In this document: positions 20,881 to 29,748 of the stretch, piece by piece
How the letters are laid out: every line of letters begins with the position of its first letter
Position numbering within the stretch: the first letter of the stretch is position 1
Virus record (IMG/VR): IMGVR_UViG_3300043077_000092
Reading direction: 5' to 3' (one strand)
Source: a virus
Taxonomy: Duplodnaviria > Caudoviricetes
Length of the DNA stretch: 64,000 nucleotides
Made by a program: the position numbers and the translations under genes
The notes under the pieces: model-generated
Database searches by the model: none
Told to the model about the DNA's origin: nothing
The model's input: the letters and a program-made list of their open reading frames with translations, nothing else

Positions 20881-21382
20881 AGTTGATTTTCTCCTCCTGC
20901 TTCATTGTACGGTTAATTACCAGATTCTTATTGTATACATAATCCATAGTATTCTTAACAATGGAAACTAAGTCATCTGATATATCACCAAGTCCTTCCA
21001 ATACGTAGTTATAGTATTCTTCGCTTGGTAATTCTCCCATTCTTGCATGGGTTTCCTCATATGTAGCCATTTTATCGCAGATATACTCCGTCAATTGAAG
21101 TATATGCATTCCTTTAATACCAGTTTCTCCAAAGTAAGCCGGTATATAATCGTTTACATTTCCATGTATTGATGATAAAACATCTCCGAAATGTTTCTTT
21201 TGTTCCTGAGTAACCGCATTCTTCATGCGGATAAATACTCCCATTTCAGTGTCATCCGTATAGCTATTATCGTGACGACGTCCTCTTACGACAAGGTCAT
21301 TTCCAATCAATGTTAATTTCTCAGAGACCTTATCTCGATGACCGATCAACCATTTGATGACATGCATCCTAGTGTACTCCAT
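20858..21382 (-). CDS. Degenerate HD-domain (DUF5662-like) protein
   Basis: H...RGRRHDNS...EYICD pattern. Confidence 0.45.
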   Translation of the reverse strand: MEYTRMHVIKWLIGHRDKVSEKLTLIGNDLVVRGRRHDNSYTDDTEMGVFIRMKNAVTQEQKKHFGDVLSSIHGNVNDYIPAYFGETGIKGMHILQLTEYICDKMATYEETHARMGELPSEEYYNYVLEGLGDISDDLVSIVKNTMDYVYNKNLVINRTMKQEEKINYEQKEKQ

Positions 21383-21404
21383 ACTTCTTTAATTCCTCCT
21401 AAAT

Positions 21405-21839
21405 TCAGCTTTCTGTATAGACTTCTGCTTTGTTTGTTTTTATGTCGTCGTTTAACATTGTAAGCAACTCTGTTATTGCAGTTTCAATATCAGTAGTAAA
21501 TACTTTAACCTTTTTATTTGTAAAGTTTGCTACTGATTTGCAATTATTAATATAAAGTATCCAAGACCATAACTCTGGTGTTCCATATAAATCTGAGGAT
21601 AAGAGTTTTGGTGATTGATAGTACCTGTGATACTCATCATCTGTAAATTCTATATCCATAATATAGTTACTCAAGATATAGTGATATTTACAGATAAATG
21701 ACTTATGGGGAACGACGATATTCCCTATCCTTGTTTTAAACTGCATATTACCATGAGATATCTCAACCTCTTTACCTGCTTCGACTTCAGATGGTAAATC
21801 ATATGCACTCTCTGGTTCATAGTTTGTTGCAAGAGCCAT
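21405..21839 (-). CDS. Baseplate wedge protein, T4 gp53/LysM-like
   Basis: YYQSPKLLSSDLYGTPELWSWILYINN. Confidence 0.65.
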   Translation of the reverse strand: MALATNYEPESAYDLPSEVEAGKEVEISHGNMQFKTRIGNIVVPHKSFICKYHYILSNYIMDIEFTDDEYHRYYQSPKLLSSDLYGTPELWSWILYINNCKSVANFTNKKVKVFTTDIETAITELLTMLNDDIKTNKAEVYTES

Positions 21840-21845
21840 AATTCA

Positions 21846-22235
21846 TCACACCTTTCCTGTAAATTTTATATCAGTGGGGTCATTATATAAGACCTCAGCC
21901 ATAAATGTATTTCCGGGAAGTACTATAAGGTTCCCAGAACTATCCTTTGTAGCTTTTGAAGTAAAATCAGGAGTTTCATTATCATAATGATTAAGCGTAA
22001 CGTATCCCTGTTCAGTTACCTTTATTGGTAATTGGACTTTACACTCAGACGCATTCATCTGATCACCAAGTGTAATTGGATAAGGAGTCTGCCATTTTCC
22101 CTCTGTTACATAAGGCATATACTTTGGTATATAAGCCTTAATTGAAGATGGTTTTGGTGAAATCTTTTCTACATTACGGAAATACTCATATGAATCAATG
22201 TTATAACTCTTAATATTCGTTGACACGGAAGCCAT
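21846..22235 (-). CDS. Hypothetical late protein (possibly baseplate)
   Basis: RBS AAGGAG, late-type promoter, next to the gp53-like gene. Confidence 0.6.
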   Translation of the reverse strand: MASVSTNIKSYNIDSYEYFRNVEKISPKPSSIKAYIPKYMPYVTEGKWQTPYPITLGDQMNASECKVQLPIKVTEQGYVTLNHYDNETPDFTSKATKDSSGNLIVLPGNTFMAEVLYNDPTDIKFTGKV

Positions 22236-22363
22236 AATAAATCATCTCCTTTATTCCGTTTATTTTGACCATTACTTCGGTGTGAACGTCATAACTAAAT
22301 AGTAAAATTATATGTCGCGTTTTACACAGTTCTAATATATTTCATGAGAGGAGATTTAATTAT

Positions 22364-23569
22364 ATGGAATTTACTTTAAATAAAATGCAGGCTGTAGCGT
22401 CTTCTATGTTTCAGGAGTGGTATAAACATCCAGAAACTAGAGAGCGTCCTTGGTTTGAAATATCAGGTGCCGCTGGTACAGGAAAGACAACGGTTGTAAA
22501 GCATATTATAGCTGAACTTGGATTAAATGAATCTGAGGTTGTATTTATGGCTTTCGTTGGTAAGGCGGCATTAGCATTAAGGTTATCTGGAGTAAATGGA
22601 AGGACAATCCATAGTGTAATATATCGTATGATAAAACGATACAAAAGAGTAGACGGGCAGGTTGTATATCAGCATGGTCGTCCTGTACTTGAAACTGTAT
22701 TTGAGAAAGTTGATGACTTACCTGAGAACATCAAACTCTTAGTAGTAGATGAGGGCGGTATGGTTGGAAATGATATGGCTTTGGATATTCTATCATTTAA
22801 GATACCACTTCTTGTATTGGGTGATTTACATCAGTTACCACCAGTATTTGGTCAAGGAATGTTCTTACAGAAACCAGATGTAATCTTAAACGAGATTATG
22901 CGTCAGCATAAAGACAGTGCAATTATCTACTTGGCACAATTAGCAACTCACGGCATTCCTATTTCATATGGAAGATACAATGGTGGAGAGTGTCGAGTAA
23001 TAAAGAAAGAAGACATCACTGATAGAGAATTATCTGAGGCAGATTTGATAATATGCAGCACGAATGTCGTAAGAGACCAAATAAATTGGTATGTGAGAAA
23101 GAATATATGCGGAATTGATTCTAATTCCATAGTAATAGGAGATAAACTCATATGTAGACAAAACTGTTGGGATACAATTCTACCTGACAAATCACTTGGT
23201 ATGGAAGTTGCATTGGTTAATGGATTAATTGGTTCAGTTACAAGCATCAATAGAAATCCTCATGTATCTGGTGGTAAACTTACTATGGACTTTAAACCAG
23301 AGTTTTCTAAGATAAGCTTTAATAATGTACCAGTAGATCCAACGTATGTACTCAGCGAATATCAATACAGGAAAACAGTAAACCCAATGTACAGTCAGGA
23401 AGTAATGTTTGAATTGGGTTATTGCTCAACTTGTCATTTAGCTCAGGGTTCTCAATACCCAAGCATCTTAGTATATCTTGACTTGGAAGCATCAACATCT
23501 GATTATTCAAGAAAGTGGTTATATACTGCCATTACACGAGCACAAAGTCACCTTGTTATAGCGGCATAG
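22364..23569 (+). CDS. SF1B DNA helicase (Dda/RecD-like)
   Basis: GAAGTGKTT, TIHS, VVDEGGM, GDLHQLPPV, MRQ, QGSQY, YTAITRA. Confidence 0.9.
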   Translation: MEFTLNKMQAVASSMFQEWYKHPETRERPWFEISGAAGTGKTTVVKHIIAELGLNESEVVFMAFVGKAALALRLSGVNGRTIHSVIYRMIKRYKRVDGQVVYQHGRPVLETVFEKVDDLPENIKLLVVDEGGMVGNDMALDILSFKIPLLVLGDLHQLPPVFGQGMFLQKPDVILNEIMRQHKDSAIIYLAQLATHGIPISYGRYNGGECRVIKKEDITDRELSEADLIICSTNVVRDQINWYVRKNICGIDSNSIVIGDKLICRQNCWDTILPDKSLGMEVALVNGLIGSVTSINRNPHVSGGKLTMDFKPEFSKISFNNVPVDPTYVLSEYQYRKTVNPMYSQEVMFELGYCSTCHLAQGSQYPSILVYLDLEASTSDYSRKWLYTAITRAQSHLVIAA

Positions 23570-23591
23570 GTTTTTAACCCACACTAAAGTA

Positions 23592-23805
23592 ATCGAGTAT
23601 ATGGCAGCTCGATTTGGTTCTAGGTGTACTTCACATATACAGCACCATAACTAACCTACATTACTACATACTTTCTTTTTTTGCAGAAACAGGTATTATG
23701 TTTTTGAGTGTTTCCAAGACGACAGGAAACATGAATCCTCCTGAAAAGATTCGTGACGACATGGGAAGAAGAAAGGTGGAATTTCGGTTCCACCTTTCTT
23801 CTTAC
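23592..23805 (+). ncRNA. Candidate late small RNA A
   Basis: ACA-N6-TA at 23581-23591, several hairpins, and a 15-bp-stem terminator-like hairpin at about 23767-23802; no ORF with an RBS on +. Confidence 0.5.
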
Positions 23806-23873
23806 GTTCTTATACAAAAAATATTAGAGTAGATAGGAAAAAGAATAAACTTCCTATCTACTCGATTCTTTCT

Positions 23874-25502
23874 TTATACTGGTTCTAAATCAAAAATATC
23901 ATCTGTAATAAGGTCTTTATCCATCAATGGATTTTTATGCGTTGAACGACCACGACTATTGAATAACATATTTGCGTCGGCACCTTCCATATCAGAATCA
24001 AGACTAATTATACCTAATGGTTTTGATAATAAAATATCATCCATAAGGCTAAACTCATTATCCTTCTTAAAAGGCTGATTGAAATATGTTAATTTGGTAG
24101 ACGGTCGATATCTTTCCTTTAATCGGTTGAACGATAGATATAATACTTGATTATCTCTCTTTCTTTCCAAGTTAAGACCAATTGTCATATCAGGATTTTC
24201 CATAACCTCATACGCAGAACCGACATTTTCACCACCGACAAATCTTCCTAAATCTGCTTTATTATCTCTCGCACCTGCATTGATTGTTGCTAATGCACTA
24301 CGATTGTACTGATGAGCAGACGCAACTGGAATTTGATAGTCAATCGCAATCTGTCTAAGTTCATTTGTAATATTCTTTAATTGTTCCTTTTCATCTCTTG
24401 CTCTTTGATGAGGAAGAATACGCTTTATGTAGTCAAAACTCAACATGATAACTTCACGACCTGTCATTTCGATTTCATCAATAATATCTCTGATATCATC
24501 CGTTGTAATACTCATATTCGGACGATATGCAAATAATATTCCGATATCATCATTGGCAATAATCTTCTTATCCTTTAACTTTGCTACAATGTCACTCGGT
24601 TTACTTCTTTCTACATCAGTATCTTCGATAGCCATATTCCATACACGAGCAAATGATTCATCTATGGTATTCTCCATAGTAAGATATAGAATATATGGCT
24701 TTGCTCCCTCTTTCTTTGGTTTGAATGTCTTTGCATTGTATTTTGCACAGTCTAATACAATTTTTAGGAGCATTGCTGATTTGTAACCACCAGTTACTCC
24801 TAAAAATACGTATAGCTTTCCCGGACGAAATCCCGGAGAAAGCATCTCATTTAACATTTGTATTCCTGTAATGATAATAGATGACGTATCACCTAATCGT
24901 TTTACAATGTCTCCTACTCTCTCTTCAACATTTGGGTCATTGAAGTCTAACATACCACTGTTCCAAGTAGTGCTTACTCTTCGTTGAGCCGCTGTATAAT
25001 CTCGAATCCAATCTCTTACCTTTGCATTTGCCTCTGCATAAGAAACGAACTCTCCATCTTCCAATTTCTCTATAAGGTTTTTCATTACGTCAACTTTGTT
25101 TATAAGAATTCCATGAACTAGTCTATCTTCTACAAAATTCGTAATGAAATCTATCTCTTTGTAGTTTAATGACCGATAACGGTCTAAGTTCTTAATGATT
25201 TCGTCAACCACTGGGTTTTCAAAATCAGGTGTGCAATATTCCAAGATGATTGCATCATCTTCATATTTTAAATCTAGTCGTGCTTCAAGTGCCTTTAGTA
25301 TAAATTTAATCCGTTCCATAACAACGGGACGATTTTCGTATGGTTCATGATTACAGCTCTGCAATAATTTCTGTACATTGCGGAGATTTAAGTTGTTGAT
25401 GTTCTTACTCTTCTTAAAGGTATATCCTATGAGTTTATTTAACATCGAAACATCCCATCGGATGTTCAATGGTTCATTGGTTGTAGATTCCAATACATCC
25501 AC
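23874..25502 (-). CDS. dnaB: Replicative DnaB-like (SF4) helicase
   Basis: Variant Walker A GVTGGYKS, YLTMEN, FDYI, LRQIA, SAHQYNR, KERY. Confidence 0.85.
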   Translation of the reverse strand: MDVLESTTNEPLNIRWDVSMLNKLIGYTFKKSKNINNLNLRNVQKLLQSCNHEPYENRPVVMERIKFILKALEARLDLKYEDDAIILEYCTPDFENPVVDEIIKNLDRYRSLNYKEIDFITNFVEDRLVHGILINKVDVMKNLIEKLEDGEFVSYAEANAKVRDWIRDYTAAQRRVSTTWNSGMLDFNDPNVEERVGDIVKRLGDTSSIIITGIQMLNEMLSPGFRPGKLYVFLGVTGGYKSAMLLKIVLDCAKYNAKTFKPKKEGAKPYILYLTMENTIDESFARVWNMAIEDTDVERSKPSDIVAKLKDKKIIANDDIGILFAYRPNMSITTDDIRDIIDEIEMTGREVIMLSFDYIKRILPHQRARDEKEQLKNITNELRQIAIDYQIPVASAHQYNRSALATINAGARDNKADLGRFVGGENVGSAYEVMENPDMTIGLNLERKRDNQVLYLSFNRLKERYRPSTKLTYFNQPFKKDNEFSLMDDILLSKPLGIISLDSDMEGADANMLFNSRGRSTHKNPLMDKDLITDDIFDLEPV

Positions 25503-25505
25503 GGG

Positions 25506-26714
25506 TTATTCCTCCCTACTCTTGATTCTACTATCTTTTGGATTAATAACTTCCAAAATGTTCTCTAAAGAGATGTTAGCACCGGCTTTCTTTTTGATGA
25601 ATGCCGCAATTTTTGCCTCATCCTGCATGGATTTATCATATAAGTAGGGTCGTTCTTCCATCAACTGTTCTTCTGATATAGGAGATGATTTAGATTCATT
25701 CGTAGATTCACTCTCCGTATCAGGATTTGTAGCCTTTAACATTAATTTTACATTAGGTATATTTCCAAATGAAGCAAGTACGAAATCTCTCATTACAATA
25801 AACGTATTAAGAGATGGATTAATCGTTACAATTAATCTAGTTTTATCTGCCGTATCTTTTACCTTATTAAGACGTTCCATAATCTTCTTTTTCAAATCTT
25901 CAAGGTCATAATCTTTCTTAATCGAAAATGCTACCGTCGGCAAAATCGGAGCATATTCGTTTTGAACATATTCTTCTATAGCAAGTTTCGTGGTTGTATC
26001 ATATTCAACGTAATAGAAACCGCACTTTCCATCTTTATCAAATTCCCATCGGCTAACCGTACCAATGGATTTGAATCTACCATCTATTCCAGATGCAATA
26101 TTGTAATGGAAATGACCAAAGTATGAATACTGAGCAACCTTACATAAATCATCTGCTTTAAATACAGTTGCTGCTGAATGTTTCTCAACTGGTTCTGAAT
26201 TAGTCTTATTCATATACCACATTAAATCCGTTGGTCCATGTCCAAATATAAAATCATAATGCTTCATGAAATACGGCTTATAATATAATTCACTATCTAT
26301 AACGTATTCTTCTGGGATATATAGAATATCTAGTCCCAATACACTTTCTTCATTAACTTCACTAAATATCTTTATCCTATCATTATTCATCAACTGGGTA
26401 AATATAATATCCAATGTCTCTAACTGTTTTGCATCATGCGTTCTGGTACCTTCAATAAACCGAAATTGGGTACCATAGTCTTTTGTCATTTCAAGTAATT
26501 CTTTCATTATAAGAAAGAATACCTTTAATGTATCTGAGGAGAAGTATTCCTTCATGTCGAAAATATCTCCAGCTACTACAAATAAATCAAGTGACTTCGA
26601 TTGTTTTAATTTATGGTCAACCATACGCAGTAATTCCAATCGAAATCTATATGGGTCAGTTGCACCCATATGCCAATCTGCTGACACAATCAATGATACC
26701 ACCTTATGCGTCAT
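25506..26714 (-). CDS. sbcD: SbcD/Mre11-like metallophosphoesterase nuclease
   Basis: ADWH, AGDIFD, GTRTHD, GHG, GHFH; RBS GAGGTG before ATG 26714. Confidence 0.8.
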   Translation of the reverse strand: MTHKVVSLIVSADWHMGATDPYRFRLELLRMVDHKLKQSKSLDLFVVAGDIFDMKEYFSSDTLKVFFLIMKELLEMTKDYGTQFRFIEGTRTHDAKQLETLDIIFTQLMNNDRIKIFSEVNEESVLGLDILYIPEEYVIDSELYYKPYFMKHYDFIFGHGPTDLMWYMNKTNSEPVEKHSAATVFKADDLCKVAQYSYFGHFHYNIASGIDGRFKSIGTVSRWEFDKDGKCGFYYVEYDTTTKLAIEEYVQNEYAPILPTVAFSIKKDYDLEDLKKKIMERLNKVKDTADKTRLIVTINPSLNTFIVMRDFVLASFGNIPNVKLMLKATNPDTESESTNESKSSPISEEQLMEERPYLYDKSMQDEAKIAAFIKKKAGANISLENILEVINPKDSRIKSREE

Positions 26715-27402
26715 TTGTATCACCTCTCTCAACTAACTTTTGAATGGAGTCTTCCGTTCCATTCAAAAAATAATATATATCTCGTAATTTGTTAAAGATT
26801 GCGAGTTCTCTCCAACAATCCTTCGTTGTTCTTATATTTACAAGTTCTGGAGAACGTAAATCCTTTGATAATAGAATTACTCCAACTTCTTGTACAGGTA
26901 ATCTATATAATTCCTCTACTAATTGAACGTATCCCATAATCTGAATCCAATGACTTTGACGAACTTCCTTGGAAGTCTTTAAATCAAATATCATAAGGCA
27001 ATCTTTCTTAGAGTTATAGCATATCATATCAAGAGTCCCACCATATGTACTTCCTTCCATTGGAAGTTCCATATTAAGAACTTTAATCCCAAGCTTTTCA
27101 AAATACAATTCTATCATACGGAATTTGTATATGATGAGCCTATATTCATCCTTAGAGAGAATATCCGTACTTCCATTAGCAGACATTGTAATTCCCATAA
27201 AGTATTTCTCAAATAGTTCATGACAATGGGTTCCATATGCCGCTTTTTCTTCTGTATAAATCTTCGTGTTTATCTTCTTGAAGCCCATATGGTTTGCCCA
27301 ACCAACAAGTTCAGGTTTCCCAAGTAATCCAACAATCGTTGTACATGATGGAACCTCTATTCCATCATGATAGTATTTTCTATGATCCGTGGTTTCACCC
27401 AT
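26704..27402 (-). CDS. PD-(D/E)xK exonuclease (Cas4/RecB-like)
   Basis: PSCTTI, GTHCHE, E...GTLD, DLKTS, QIMGY. Confidence 0.8.
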   Translation of the reverse strand: MGETTDHRKYYHDGIEVPSCTTIVGLLGKPELVGWANHMGFKKINTKIYTEEKAAYGTHCHELFEKYFMGITMSANGSTDILSKDEYRLIIYKFRMIELYFEKLGIKVLNMELPMEGSTYGGTLDMICYNSKKDCLMIFDLKTSKEVRQSHWIQIMGYVQLVEELYRLPVQEVGVILLSKDLRSPELVNIRTTKDCWRELAIFNKLRDIYYFLNGTEDSIQKLVERGDTNDA

Positions 27403-27529
27403 GGTTTTATCTCACCGCCTTCTGTTTAAAGTATTTAGACCCATGTGGAAAAACACATAATATCCTAAGACGTACGTAGAACCTGACGCTGTCCACAAGG
27501 GAGTAATTAGAATGAAAGGAGAGGATTTC

Positions 27530-28792
27530 ATGTCACTTACAATATCAAACCCTTCGATTGTTCATACATTTGGTAATGTCGCATGTGTTGCCATGAATTA
27601 TATACAGTCATTCTTCCCTGAAGATTTCTTTACAAAGACTCATATAAGTACAAAGATGTCTCATCGCCAGTTAAATGTATATAGAGCAGGAACAGGGTTT
27701 TGGAAAAATAAAAAACCAATGTTAGTATTAAGACCCCGAATTGATTTTGATAGTTCATCGAATTGGTTCTATGGTTCTGCTATGATGAGCAGAATGACTC
27801 ATAGTAGTTCACCAATGGAATTCGGAGATTTAGTACCAATCATACACGATCCAGATAATGCTGTAGATGTACAGTTCTTATGGAATCGGTATCGTATCGT
27901 TTATGACGTAGCAATCATTGTCGATACATATAATTCTCAGATTAACATTATGAATGATTTGAGAAATAGGTTGAATATCGATTGTCCATATCGAATTAAG
28001 ACTGTATTAGAGGCGTACATTCCAAAGAGTGTTATATTCTCAATTGCAGACTATATGAGAATCGATCATAATGATACGGCTACTATATTGGAATATCTGA
28101 ATACAGTTTCTTCAGTTCCCATAACTTATAAACTACATGACGGTTCGGGTACAGAAGAATTCTTTATGCTTTACCCAACAAGCGTCGAGTCAATCAGTTC
28201 TGATTTAACGCCAGATGATGGGGAGACTAGGGGTATTATCAGTGATACCTTTACAATAAGCCTATCTCTATCTATGGAGTTTAATGCCGTTGGAGTATGG
28301 TATACGTTTATGATGGACGGAGATGACGTAAAGAGACAGGCTCCAATGGATAATATTGTTGGTAATAATGGTGAACGTATTATTCCAATATCATCAATAC
28401 CTTTGGGATATGACCTTGGATTGGAAGCAGGATGGAAGATATTAGAATCACCATTCTATTTTCCTAATAACGTGGTAAATGGAGTAGATGAGACTGATAT
28501 CAGTTCTATATTAGACCGTTCATCTGTAAAAGCTCTTATAGAGCATCATACTCAAATGCATATTCCTTTGGAACAGTTCTTAGACTTTAGAGTATTCAGG
28601 GGTAATAAGGAAATTCCTAGAGGGGTTAAAGGTTTCGATATAAGCTTAGAGAAAAAATGTATCTATACTTATAATCCAGCACCTGAGATTCAGCATAGAC
28701 TTTTTGTACTCATTAATTCATTAGCTATTAACAATATGGCTACTGAGATTATGAATTATGGAAAGATAGATTCTACGCAGTACACAAAATAA
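27530..28792 (+). CDS. Probable virion structural protein
   Basis: Long ORF, RBS AGGAGAGG, late-type promoter 27495-27505. Confidence 0.6.
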   Translation: MSLTISNPSIVHTFGNVACVAMNYIQSFFPEDFFTKTHISTKMSHRQLNVYRAGTGFWKNKKPMLVLRPRIDFDSSSNWFYGSAMMSRMTHSSSPMEFGDLVPIIHDPDNAVDVQFLWNRYRIVYDVAIIVDTYNSQINIMNDLRNRLNIDCPYRIKTVLEAYIPKSVIFSIADYMRIDHNDTATILEYLNTVSSVPITYKLHDGSGTEEFFMLYPTSVESISSDLTPDDGETRGIISDTFTISLSLSMEFNAVGVWYTFMMDGDDVKRQAPMDNIVGNNGERIIPISSIPLGYDLGLEAGWKILESPFYFPNNVVNGVDETDISSILDRSSVKALIEHHTQMHIPLEQFLDFRVFRGNKEIPRGVKGFDISLEKKCIYTYNPAPEIQHRLFVLINSLAINNMATEIMNYGKIDSTQYTK

Positions 28793-29022
28793 GTAATCTG
28801 GGTAAATAACAACGACTAGCGTATCGTATCCCATCAAAACCCTTAACCTTTAAGTGTGGGGTGAGATATGCGTGTCCCCAGATACCCTTATATATTTATA
28901 GATTACCGTCAATTAGCATTGGAGCACTTTAGCAGGTTAGTACCTATTGAAAAGAGACAGCATTGTTGAATCACATACATAAGAGAAAGTCAAACACAAT
29001 CAACTTGTTGACGGAACCTGTA

Positions 29023-29072
29023 GAAAAAAAAAAGAAAGCCAGAAGGGAGAATCGTTCCCTTCTGGCTTTTTT
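29023..29072. terminator. Bidirectional intrinsic terminator
   Basis: A tract, AAAGCCAGAAGGGA/TCCCTTCTGGCTTT, T tract, between convergent genes. Confidence 0.8.
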
Positions 29073-29108
29073 GTATGTATATTCTTCTTATATTATAGCC
29101 CGTGAATC

Positions 29109-29573
29109 TTAATGAGCTATAAACAAAATTGGTACATTACATCTTGGGCAACTGCGTTCACGGCTAAGCGGTGTGCCACATCTGTCGCAAAATATAACTT
29201 TGTGGGATTTCTGTTTTTCTACTTCTTTGGTCAATTCCGAAACAAGTTCTTCACATTTTGTTATTGAATCTCTGAGTTTCGTCATCCGACCTTCCGCAGC
29301 AACAATCTCTTCAACTGCGATTTGATACATCTCAAAAGACCTCTTGTCGATAGCCTTGTAGAGTTTACATATATCATTGTAGTGATTAATGTCTTCTACT
29401 AAACCGTCTCTAATCTGAGTGGTCTGTTTTAGGTGTTCTCTTAGAGTATCACAGTGGCGTTTAAGCCAACTTCTCATTTCCTGCATATCGTCCAGTTCAA
29501 AATAACTGTTTTCAATACAGTAATCAATACTCATACCCCCTTGTAGTAAATTGCAAATACCTACGATGTTCAT
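29109..29573 (-). CDS. Coiled-coil protein with C-terminal zinc ribbon
   Basis: CDRC...CPRC; RBS AGGAGG. Confidence 0.65.
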   Translation of the reverse strand: MNIVGICNLLQGGMSIDYCIENSYFELDDMQEMRSWLKRHCDTLREHLKQTTQIRDGLVEDINHYNDICKLYKAIDKRSFEMYQIAVEEIVAAEGRMTKLRDSITKCEELVSELTKEVEKQKSHKVIFCDRCGTPLSRERSCPRCNVPILFIAH

Positions 29574-29710
29574 TTTTTAAAAGTTCCTCCTTTAAGTTAA
29601 ATTGTAATTAGCATTAAGTTCCCACTTTCCTTTACTTATTACTAATCCATAAGTTTAATATTGTTCTATAAAGTCTATTAACAGAAAGTTCTCTGAAATA
29701 CCCTCTCTGG

Positions 29711-29722
29711 AACAATATCTTA
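29711..29722 (+). promoter_or_regulatory. Late/nvRNAP-type promoter AACA-N6-TA (representative copy)
   Basis: 17 intergenic ACA-N6-TA copies, each oriented toward the next transcription unit. Confidence 0.75.
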
Positions 29723-29748
29723 AATAATAGTAAAGGAGGTCATAATTT

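Noticed and set aside
23614-23832. 72-aa plus-strand ORF
   Set aside because: TTG start without an RBS, and it runs through a strong terminator hairpin
26704-27402. Cas4-like nuclease as part of a CRISPR system
   Set aside because: No repeat-spacer array or other cas genes seen; the context is SbcD and DnaB
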